A stretch of DNA of 64,000 nucleotides from Bacteroidales bacterium. GTDB lineage: Bacteria; Bacteroidota; Bacteroidia; Bacteroidales; UBA4417. Shown in pieces: positions 17,782 to 26,166 of the stretch. The notes under the pieces were generated by a model, which was not told where the DNA came from, ran no database searches, and worked only from the letters and a program-made list of their open reading frames with translations. The stretch covers positions 2,898 to 66,897 of the forward strand of contig JBBRYZ010000003.1 of the NCBI GenBank assembly GCA_038237165.1. The letters run 5' to 3'. Both the position numbers and the translations under genes were made by a program. Each line of letters starts with the position of its first letter. Within the stretch, counting starts at the first letter, position 1.

Positions 17782-17849
17782 AAATCTCACTCTCTCTTAT
17801 TTTTCACTTTTTGTCACCCTGAGTGTAATCGAAGGGCACTTTTCATTCC

Positions 17850-18848
17850 TCACTTTTCACTCCTAACTGCAGTAAGTATTGTTTGGCCCACAGCCATAAG
17901 TGTAGGTTTACTTATGCCAGCCATATTATCACTTTTGGTATGCCAGTTTCTGTAAAATCCTGATTGTGTTGATTGATCGTGTTGGATAATATCAATGGTC
18001 GGAATCTTCCGCAATTGGTTGATATACACATGATCGTCGGTAATCGCATTGGTTCGTTCAGATGAAAAATAATCGCTGTATCCAATAGAAGCGCCAATGT
18101 TCCATACCATCTGAGCTATATCAGGAGCATAATACATGGTAGTGCCTTCCATGGTAAAAACCGCATTTTCGGCGCCAACCATATCGAGCAATATTCCATA
18201 CCGGGCAGTATAACCAGGAACATGCGGATTATGTGACCAATATTGCGAGCCCAGCGCCCAATCGTCAGTCCCCGTATAACCGGCATCCTGAGGCGCGCCA
18301 TAGTCTTCGGCATCTAACAGCAACAAATCAACACCAATTGTTGAAGGCGATATCCTTAACTGACGGGCAATTTCAAGTAGAATACCAACTCCGCTGGCAC
18401 CGTCATTTGCTCCGTCAATCGGCGTGCGGTGCATTGTTGTGTCAGGATCGTTATCAGCATAAGGACGTGAATCCCAATGTGAAGTAAGCAAAACCCGGTT
18501 TGTGCTTCTCGGATTAAATGATGCAATAATATTCTTACCGTTCAACGTTGTTCCGTTGTAGGCTTTGGCAGTAAAGTTCTGCACAACGACATTCGGCGTG
18601 TATTTTTTTAGCGTTGCTTCAAGCCATGCGGCGCATTTTTCATGTGCCTTGCTGTTATTAACCCTTGGGCCGAACTTTACCTGTTCGTTTACAAAATAAT
18701 AAGCCGTATCCGCATTAAATTCAGCAGCTTTAAAGGATTTCACCGGCTCCGAAGTTGAAGATTCATCAGTAGTTTGAGAAGATTTTTGTTTGCACGAACT
18801 AAATGCTGCAATTAAAATAACCGAAACCAAGGCAAGAGAATATCGCAT
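17850..18848 (-). CDS. glutaminyl-peptide cyclotransferase (M28-fold, lipoprotein type)
   Basis: 332 aa. Lipobox AAFSSC; HWDSRP, DGANDGASGVGILLEIAR, LLDAEDYG, LGSQYWS, ILLDMVG, DDH. Closely resembles my recollection of the Porphyromonas gingivalis QC. Confidence 0.75.
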   Translation of the reverse strand: MRYSLALVSVILIAAFSSCKQKSSQTTDESSTSEPVKSFKAAEFNADTAYYFVNEQVKFGPRVNNSKAHEKCAAWLEATLKKYTPNVVVQNFTAKAYNGTTLNGKNIIASFNPRSTNRVLLTSHWDSRPYADNDPDTTMHRTPIDGANDGASGVGILLEIARQLRISPSTIGVDLLLLDAEDYGAPQDAGYTGTDDWALGSQYWSHNPHVPGYTARYGILLDMVGAENAVFTMEGTTMYYAPDIAQMVWNIGASIGYSDYFSSERTNAITDDHVYINQLRKIPTIDIIQHDQSTQSGFYRNWHTKSDNMAGISKPTLMAVGQTILTAVRSEK

Positions 18849-19340
18849 AACTAAACTTTTTGTAAGCTACAAAGGTAATACAACAGGTTTTAATACCGGC
18901 TACAGAAAATCAGCTTTGTGACCAAACGAACCTGTAAAACCCGATTCGCCGACAGAACGGCGGGTGCGTGGGCTAAGTTCAAGTTTTTTAAGATTAGGAT
19001 GCAACATTTCCGCATCATCCCTATAACTTAATGTAAAAGCAACCAACACCTTATAATCACTGGGGATTAGTTGAAGAATACCTTTTTTTGATAACTTAAC
19101 CAGGCTTATTTACCTTTTTCTATTGAGCCATATGGTTATTAATATTGATTTTCATAATACTACAATTCAGATCAGCATTTGTATTTTTAAATACCCGGAG
19201 TTGGCAGTTCAGGTATTAAACCATAGTTGCTCGCCACCCGATATGGACTTTCATAGGATCCAAAAGACTTAAACCAAATATTTTTCATCAATGTAAAAGA
19301 GTCGGATGTAAAATAACTGCCAAATCCAGTCAAAATATTG

Positions 19341-19348
19341 TAATTTTG
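19341..19348 (+). promoter_or_regulatory. -7 box TAATTTTG upstream of speA
   Basis: Exact TAnnTTTG, 30 nt upstream of the ATG at 19378. Confidence 0.35.
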
Positions 19349-19377
19349 CACGGTTAACCTATCTTATCAGCTTTAAA

Positions 19378-20769
19378 ATGAAAAACAAGTATCTTGATCT
19401 GATTGAACAGACTTTTGATTTTCCTACCGAAGAGTTTAAAGTGGAAAACAGTGAGTTGTTTTTTAATAACATTCCACTTATGGAAGTCATTAAACAATAT
19501 GGAACGCCATTGCGTGTTACATTCCTGCCAAAAATAACCAAACAGATACAGAAAGCGAAAAGGCTCTTTAATGTGGCAATTGCCAAGGCCGATTATAAAG
19601 GTAGTTATAATTTTTGTTATTGCACAAAAAGCTCCCATTTTTCATTTGTAATGGAAGAAGCACTGAAAAATGATATTCATATAGAAACGTCTTCGGCATT
19701 CGACATACCTATTATCGAATCCTTGTTCGAGTCGGGCAAGTTAATGAAAGACACCTACATTATATGCAATGGATTTAAAAGACCACAGTACATCGAGAAC
19801 ATCTGCAACCTGATTGAGGAAGGATTCGAAAATGTAATCCCGATCCTGGATAACAAGTTTGAACTCGATGAATATGACCGGAATATAACACGTAAGATCA
19901 AGATCGGAATACGGATTGCATCGGAAGAGGAACCCAAATTTGACTTTTATACTTCGCGGCTTGGCATAAGATACAATGATATAGTATCCTATTACGAGGA
20001 AGAGATCAAGAACAATCCGAAGTTCGAGCTTAAAATGCTGCATTTCTTTATTAACACAGGCATACGTGATTCCGCCTATTACTGGAACGAATTATCAAAA
20101 TGCGTACAGGTTTACTGTGAGCTCAAGGCAGTTTGCCCACAACTTACGTCGCTTAATATAGGAGGCGGTTTCCCGATAAAGAATTCCCTGAATTTTGATT
20201 TCGATTATGCATATATGGCTGAAGAGATAATTGCCCAGATAAAGGGCATCTGCCAACGAAACGGAACTCAGGAACCTGATATTTTTACCGAATTCGGATC
20301 ATTTACAGTAGGCGAAAGCGGGGCCGTCCTGTATAGCATCATCGACCAGAAACGTCAGAACGACCGCGAGTTGTGGAATATGATCGACAGTTCATTTATT
20401 ACTACTTTACCTGATACCTGGGCTATTAACCAGAAATTCATTCTCCTGGCAGTTAATCACTGGGACCAGGAATATGAACGGGTTTTCCTGGGCGGCCTTA
20501 CCTGCGACAGCGAAGATTATTATAACGCTGAGGCCCATACCAACGCCATATTTCTTCCAAAGCTGATGGATGATGAACCGCAGTATATCGGCTTATTTCA
20601 CACCGGTGCTTACCAGGATTCGCTGGCTGGATACGGGGGAATCCAACATTGCCTAATTCCAGCGCCTAAGCATATACTCATTGATTTAGACGAAGATGGT
20701 GAGTACTTCACCAAACTGTTTGCAAAGGAGCAAAGCCATAAATCGATGCTTAAGATCCTGGGGTATTAA
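19378..20769 (+). CDS. speA: arginine decarboxylase (PLP-dependent, alanine-racemase fold)
   Basis: 463 aa. YCTKSS (PLP-Lys region), NIGGGFP, GLTCDSEDYY, HTGAYQ. Followed by agmatinase. Confidence 0.8.
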   Translation: MKNKYLDLIEQTFDFPTEEFKVENSELFFNNIPLMEVIKQYGTPLRVTFLPKITKQIQKAKRLFNVAIAKADYKGSYNFCYCTKSSHFSFVMEEALKNDIHIETSSAFDIPIIESLFESGKLMKDTYIICNGFKRPQYIENICNLIEEGFENVIPILDNKFELDEYDRNITRKIKIGIRIASEEEPKFDFYTSRLGIRYNDIVSYYEEEIKNNPKFELKMLHFFINTGIRDSAYYWNELSKCVQVYCELKAVCPQLTSLNIGGGFPIKNSLNFDFDYAYMAEEIIAQIKGICQRNGTQEPDIFTEFGSFTVGESGAVLYSIIDQKRQNDRELWNMIDSSFITTLPDTWAINQKFILLAVNHWDQEYERVFLGGLTCDSEDYYNAEAHTNAIFLPKLMDDEPQYIGLFHTGAYQDSLAGYGGIQHCLIPAPKHILIDLDEDGEYFTKLFAKEQSHKSMLKILGY

Positions 20770-20807
20770 CAGAATTCTGAATTTTGGCAAACCTGAACTT
20801 TAACATT

Positions 20808-20960
20808 AATGATTCAGTCCACTCCGAAAAGTCATTTTACCCCTAAATCCCCTAAAGGGGACTTTGGTAAAATGCTGATTTTTAACACTTCCCCTTCAGG
20901 GTCGGGGTAAAGAAGGGTTGAAAATCAGCATTTCCGACTTTTCGGAGTGGACTCATGATT
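20808..20960 (+). other. about 150-nt three-way-junction structured element (possible 3'UTR structure, terminator or MITE-like repeat)
   Basis: Outer 18-bp perfect stem agtccactccgaaaagtc/gacttttcggagtggact. Inner hairpin cattttacc...ggtaaaatg enclosing cccc-taaa-gggg. Second inner hairpin gctgatttttaac...gttgaaaatcagc enclosing cccttc...gaaggg. Confidence 0.5.
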
Positions 20961-21287
20961 ATATGTTAGGTGTTTTTCGTTTCTAAGCTCAGACAATGAT
21001 TAACATATAGCACTAAATGCTTAATATGTATGGATGAACATAGGAAACAACCTAAGATTTTGAAAATCTTAATTTATATTCTGCAAATAAGGATTTGTTT
21101 TGCATGTATGAAAAAAATTGTATTTTCGCATTTCTGAAACAAAAAGCATATTAATCTTACTCTTTGCCATTCAACTGTATTTCAACTGTTAAACCAAAAT
21201 ACAGTATGCTTTTAAAAAACGGATAGTCTGTTTTTTAGTTCACAAGTTCCTGATAAATAACGGCATAGAGCTTAAAACATAAATTAT

Positions 21288-22142
21288 ATGAAACAGTATG
21301 GTGATTTGCCAAAAGAATTCACTGCGTTCGAAAGTTCAAAAATCATAATCCTGCCGGTTCCTTATGACGGAACTACCACATGGATAAAAGGTTCCGACAA
21401 AGGGCCAAAAGCCATAATCGAGGCATCGGCTAATCTCGAAATGTATGATATTGATACAGATAGTGAAGTACATAAACTGGGTATTCACACTGCTGAACCT
21501 GTTACTGAAGCTTCTTCACCCGAGGCTATGGTTGATGAAGTTTATGCCAGAGTGAAGGCTTTATACAAAAAGAAAAAATTTCCGGTAATTCTGGGCGGAG
21601 AACACACTGTAAGTATTGGCGCTTTTAAAGCAGCCAGTGAACAGTTCAGTGATCTTACCATTCTCCAGTTCGATGCTCATGCTGATATGCGCGACGAATT
21701 TAAAGGGTCAAAAAACGATCATCATTGCGTAATGGCCAGAGCTTCGGAAATGGCTCCTGTTGTTCAAGTCGGCATCAGAAGCATGAGTGCGGGCGAACGC
21801 GAAGATATTAAGCCCGACCGTGTATTTTATGCTATGCAGATTTACGATCAGTCAACCTGGATGTACGAATTACTGAATAAACTCACCCGCAACGTTTACA
21901 TCACTATCGACCTCGATGTTCTCAATCCGTCCATCATGGCCTCTACAGGAACGCCAGAGCCAGGCGGCATGAACTGGTTCGACATTATCAATATCCTTAA
22001 AAAAATCAGTGAGCAGGTAAATATTGTTGGTTTCGACGTTACGGAACTGGTTCCCAACAAAGAGAATAAGGCTCCGGATTACCTGGTTGCCAAATTAATT
22101 TACACCATGCTGACCTATAAATTCGTTACCGGAATTAAATAA
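21288..22142 (+). CDS. speB: agmatinase
   Basis: 284 aa. Ureohydrolase motifs GGEHTVS, QFDAHADMRD, ITIDLDVLNPS. Confidence 0.9.
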   Translation: MKQYGDLPKEFTAFESSKIIILPVPYDGTTTWIKGSDKGPKAIIEASANLEMYDIDTDSEVHKLGIHTAEPVTEASSPEAMVDEVYARVKALYKKKKFPVILGGEHTVSIGAFKAASEQFSDLTILQFDAHADMRDEFKGSKNDHHCVMARASEMAPVVQVGIRSMSAGEREDIKPDRVFYAMQIYDQSTWMYELLNKLTRNVYITIDLDVLNPSIMASTGTPEPGGMNWFDIINILKKISEQVNIVGFDVTELVPNKENKAPDYLVAKLIYTMLTYKFVTGIK

Positions 22143-22161
22143 TTTAAAACTTAACTGATTG

Positions 22162-22198
22162 AAGGCTGTTCTCAATAGCGGGGACAGCCTTTTATTTT
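22162..22198 (+). terminator. intrinsic terminator after speB
   Basis: aaggctgt-N14-acagcctt followed by ttatttt. Confidence 0.5.
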
Positions 22199-22392
22199 AA
22201 CCCCTTTACGAAAAGTTATTCCGGCGCATCTGAATATTTAACTGGCCGCGATAACTTAATGATGACACAATATCAATTAACCAATTGAGTTTTAAGAAAG
22301 AACATAAGATTACATCATAAATAGACCATATAGTTTAGAGAAGTGTAACAATATAGTTCTTTTGGAAACACTTATTTTTATTAAAAAGGAAC

Positions 22393-23253
22393 ATGATTAA
22401 ACATATAACATTACAAACTGTACGCTCGCATATTATAATCACATTTGGATTGTTGCTGAATGCGCTGGCATGGACGGCATTCCTGATCCCGGCACAGATT
22501 ACAGGTGGCGGCATCACAGGTGTTTCCACCCTGATCTTTTATGCCTCAGGGTTTCCGTTAGGAGTTACTTACCTGATAATTAATGCGGTACTGATCCTGA
22601 TTTCGATCAAAATACTGGGAACTAATTTTGGCGTGAAAACTATTTTCAGCGTGGTAGTACTTGCTTTTCTGCTTTCATTGTTGCAAGGGTTTATTACAAA
22701 GCCCATTGTGAACGACGTTTTTTTATCGACAGTAATTGGTGGCATATTGGGAGGCGCCGGAATAGGAATCGTATTTTCGCAGGGAAGCAGCACAGGAGGT
22801 ACCGATATCATTGCCATGATAATCAATAAATACCGCAACATCAATCCCGGACGCGTAATCCTGTATCTTGATATTTTTATTATTGCATCGTCTTTCCTGA
22901 TTTTCCGTTCACTCGAAAAAATTGTGTACGGTTATGTAGCTATGGGACTTACTTCATATACCATCGACCTGCTTTTTACCGGGTCAAAACAATCGGTACA
23001 GATGTTTATTTTTTCGAAAAAATACGATCTGATCGCCGATCGTATCGGGAAAGAAATGGGCCGTGGAATTACAATTATCGATGGGCAAGGATGGTATACA
23101 GGGGAACAAACCAAGGTATTACTGGTAATGGTGAAAAAGCCCGAAGCCAGTCAGATATTCCGGATCATCAAGGAAATAGATCAAAATGCCTTTATGTCGG
23201 TAAATAACGTAATGGGCGTGTATGGGCAAGGGTTTGAAAGGATACGGACGTAA
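22393..23253 (+). CDS. YitT-family membrane protein (DUF2179 C-terminal domain)
   Basis: 286 aa. Multi-TM N-terminus with GGGITG and GSSTGGTDI motifs; soluble C-terminal domain ITIIDGQGWYTGE...VNNVMGVYGQGF. Confidence 0.85.
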   Translation: MIKHITLQTVRSHIIITFGLLLNALAWTAFLIPAQITGGGITGVSTLIFYASGFPLGVTYLIINAVLILISIKILGTNFGVKTIFSVVVLAFLLSLLQGFITKPIVNDVFLSTVIGGILGGAGIGIVFSQGSSTGGTDIIAMIINKYRNINPGRVILYLDIFIIASSFLIFRSLEKIVYGYVAMGLTSYTIDLLFTGSKQSVQMFIFSKKYDLIADRIGKEMGRGITIIDGQGWYTGEQTKVLLVMVKKPEASQIFRIIKEIDQNAFMSVNNVMGVYGQGFERIRT

Positions 23254-23284
23254 AAATCAGGAAATCAGGTCAAAAGTATCTTAA

Positions 23285-23695
23285 TTATTTGCCTTGCTGA
23301 TAGCTTGACTCTGCGATGTAAACTGTGAGTCTCTGTTTATTTACCGATACAATTTTCCATGTTTGGATTGATGTTCCGCCCCAATATCCAACCTTAATAT
23401 TAACCAATGAACCATCCTGATTCCAGGTGCCTTCGTAATCAGCAGTTGTAACCGGAGGTGTGCCGCACCATCCACTATTTTGGCGTTCGACAAGTTTATT
23501 ACCTGACTTAAATGTAATCCCATACTGGTTTTCTACCAGATAATTAGCCCGGGTATAAATTACAACAGTATCAGTATATTGAGGATTTATCCAACTTCCA
23601 ATCAGTTCAGTATTACTATCCTGAATAAAAGTATTCTCTTTCCGGCACGAAAACAATGCAAGTGAAATAAATGAGACTAAAAAGACTATTCTCAT
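23285..23695 (-). CDS. hypothetical lipoprotein
   Basis: 136 aa. Lipobox LALFSC. No family recognised. Confidence 0.45.
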   Translation of the reverse strand: MRIVFLVSFISLALFSCRKENTFIQDSNTELIGSWINPQYTDTVVIYTRANYLVENQYGITFKSGNKLVERQNSGWCGTPPVTTADYEGTWNQDGSLVNIKVGYWGGTSIQTWKIVSVNKQRLTVYIAESSYQQGK

Positions 23696-23797
23696 AAAAG
23701 GCTTTTATTAGTAAATTAATTGAATTACAAGAATCATTCCGGATTTCAAAATCTAAGTCCCAAAATCCGCTTTCCGCATTCGCAAATTCGAAATCCC

Positions 23798-25081
23798 TTA
23801 CACAGCTCCTATCGGAATTTTACTCAGTTGTTTAATATTCTGTAAATCAGAATAATTATACTGGTAAATTCCATCTTCGGCAATCATAATCAGCACGTTG
23901 CCAAACGGAATTACATCAAGCGCTTTCAGATCGGGATATCGTTTCAGTATGTTCAGGTCAATGCGAAGCGGATCGCTGGCATCATAAATCTTTAAACCAG
24001 CTTTGCCGTCGCAAACAAAAAGTGTTTTGTTGTCGATTCCCAATCCATAAGGCTCTTCCATCGCATAGCTTTTCATCAGCACAGGGCTTGTGATAACCTT
24101 CAGGTCTATCACTTCCATAACATTCTGCCAGTTGCCGCAACGGTTTCCTTCACGAAGCGTAACATAGGCCATGTTATCTTTTACTACAACAGGATCGCAG
24201 CTTTGAAAATGATCGTATACCGATTTATACAGCGGCGCCGACGGATTAGTAATATCATAAATTAGCATTCCAGTTTGTGTACCGATAAAAAGGTTTTCGC
24301 CATCGATAAAAACGGTTTCGACCATTCGTGATATTTCAATTTTTGCACCTGCCACCGGAACTGTTGGCTGATTGATATCAATAACCTGCAAATTAGTCTG
24401 GTTTAAACCATAAAACTGGTTGCCGTTAATAATAAACCGGGCCATGGATCCGCCAACTCCTACTGTTTGAGTCGGACCGCCGTTACTTCCATTCATCATA
24501 AAAAGACCATCTCCTTTTTCGAAATAATAATGTGGATTGATCCCGATGTTAGTGATTTCTTCGGTTACTTCTTTAGCCTGCCAGCCGATGATCACGCCCT
24601 GTTCCTTGTCAATATTTGTTATTGGGTAAACATCAACTGTTTCAGGAATAGTGTATGGGAAAATGTCTTTGATACGGCTGACTTCCTTGGGTTGCATGAT
24701 ATCGGAAATATCAAGAACTACCAGGTCAACATAGTTATCGGCGTACAGGTAGCTGCCTCTAACGGCCAGGTCGACATTACCGGGAATATCAATAAAATTA
24801 AGATTAACCGGTGAGGCGGGATTCGAATTATCAAATACATGGATTCCTTTGTATTTTTCATTTACAAAAAGGTAATTGTCTTTGATGTAAATCTTCCCTG
24901 CAGTGGCTATAGCGTATGCTGCTGTTGACTTAACAGGCTTACGCATAGCTTCGTACGACATGTACTGTGGCACATTGGCCATATATTTGCGATATTCAAT
25001 CGAACTGTCCTTGCACGATACAATGCTTATCAATGCAAGTATCATTATTGGGATAACTAGGAGTGATTTCTTGGTTTTCAT
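23798..25081 (-). CDS. LVIVD-repeat beta-propeller lipoprotein
   Basis: LVIVD-type repeats (YVDLVVLDISD, LQVIDIN, MEVIDLK). The likely start is MKTKKSLLVIPIMILALISIVSC at 25081. The track ORF start at 25129 lies inside a tandem duplication. Confidence 0.65.
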   Translation of the reverse strand: MKTKKSLLVIPIMILALISIVSCKDSSIEYRKYMANVPQYMSYEAMRKPVKSTAAYAIATAGKIYIKDNYLFVNEKYKGIHVFDNSNPASPVNLNFIDIPGNVDLAVRGSYLYADNYVDLVVLDISDIMQPKEVSRIKDIFPYTIPETVDVYPITNIDKEQGVIIGWQAKEVTEEITNIGINPHYYFEKGDGLFMMNGSNGGPTQTVGVGGSMARFIINGNQFYGLNQTNLQVIDINQPTVPVAGAKIEISRMVETVFIDGENLFIGTQTGMLIYDITNPSAPLYKSVYDHFQSCDPVVVKDNMAYVTLREGNRCGNWQNVMEVIDLKVITSPVLMKSYAMEEPYGLGIDNKTLFVCDGKAGLKIYDASDPLRIDLNILKRYPDLKALDVIPFGNVLIMIAEDGIYQYNYSDLQNIKQLSKIPIGAV

Positions 25082-25104
25082 TGTCAGTTTTTTTAGTATT
25101 CTAT

Positions 25105-25177
25105 TTATTTTTTCTGAGATGTGAGGCATTGCGTCTTTACTTATTCTTTTCGGAGACGTGAAGCATCGCGTCTTTAC
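25105..25177. repeat. imperfect tandem duplication (36/37-bp units)
   Basis: ttattttttctgagatgtgaggcattgcgtctttac | ttattcttttcggagacgtgaagcatcgcgtctttac. Confidence 0.8.
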
Positions 25178-25188
25178 TTTCGTTTTCT

Positions 25189-25917
25189 TTAGTTAAAGAG
25201 GAAGCCAAATGAGAAAGCCAACCGGCTGAATTCGTCGTAACGGATAGTTTCGTAAGGCGGATACATGGATGACCAGGGAGCTGATCCGGTAACTGTTTTG
25301 GTTTTCTGATATCGATATCCAACATTGAAAACAAATGCATTACGTTTAGAAAAATTAAATCTCATGCCTGCGCCTGTGCCGGCCAAAACACCACCATAAT
25401 ATTCGGAGTAGTCGCCCTCATCATGCTTCGAAAGAGGAACAGCATAGCCAGTGCGGGCATATACATAAGGAGTCCAGGAACCTTTTATTAAACAGTATGT
25501 AAAATCAGCCATAAACGGAATCTGTTGATGATCAAACCATTCGATTCCTAACCCCGCACCAACTGAAAGCCGGAACGGGAAACGGTATGAAGTAATAAAA
25601 GTGAATGCCCCCGAATTTTTTGTTCCACCATAAAAATTCACATTCGCAGCCATTTCGACCGGAAAAGCTAAGTTTCCGTATTCATTTGATGTAATCTTCT
25701 GATTTATAAGGACCATCTTAAGCGCTGTATCGGGAATTACAATTAAATTGTGACCTACAATCTCAATACTGGTTTTTACACCCGGAATAGTTTCGATTAT
25801 CTTGCCTTTCAGGATACTGCCATTATAGAGGTATACCACATCTTGCCTTGATTGGGAAAATAACCTGACTGATAAAAGAACGGTACAAAAAACAATCAGT
25901 AGTAATGTTTTCTTCAT
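25189..25917 (-). CDS. hypothetical outer-membrane beta-barrel protein
   Basis: 242 aa. Signal peptide ...RLFS|QS, alternating aromatic/glycine strands, C-terminal FSFGFLFN. Confidence 0.5.
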   Translation of the reverse strand: MKKTLLLIVFCTVLLSVRLFSQSRQDVVYLYNGSILKGKIIETIPGVKTSIEIVGHNLIVIPDTALKMVLINQKITSNEYGNLAFPVEMAANVNFYGGTKNSGAFTFITSYRFPFRLSVGAGLGIEWFDHQQIPFMADFTYCLIKGSWTPYVYARTGYAVPLSKHDEGDYSEYYGGVLAGTGAGMRFNFSKRNAFVFNVGYRYQKTKTVTGSAPWSSMYPPYETIRYDEFSRLAFSFGFLFN

Positions 25918-26136
25918 AAAGCAGATATCAACAATACAAAGGGTTAAAAAGCAGTAAATTGGTTGTATCCCTAATTAAATAAAAATTCTGGCTCGATGCT
26001 TATTATATAAATAAAGGTTCATAGCTAATTTTTATTGGTTATAATACAAAATGAAATATTTGTTGCAGACTCGATTTTCAATAACGTGAACACGTAATAG
26101 CATCAATAATTTCGGAACAACAAAACTTTTAATTAT

Positions 26137-26144
26137 TATATTTG
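26137..26144 (+). promoter_or_regulatory. -7 box TATATTTG upstream of the giant T9SS gene
   Basis: Exact TAnnTTTG, 23 nt upstream of the ATG at 26167. Confidence 0.35.
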
Positions 26145-26166
26145 CTTCCCCATAAATAATTTTCCT

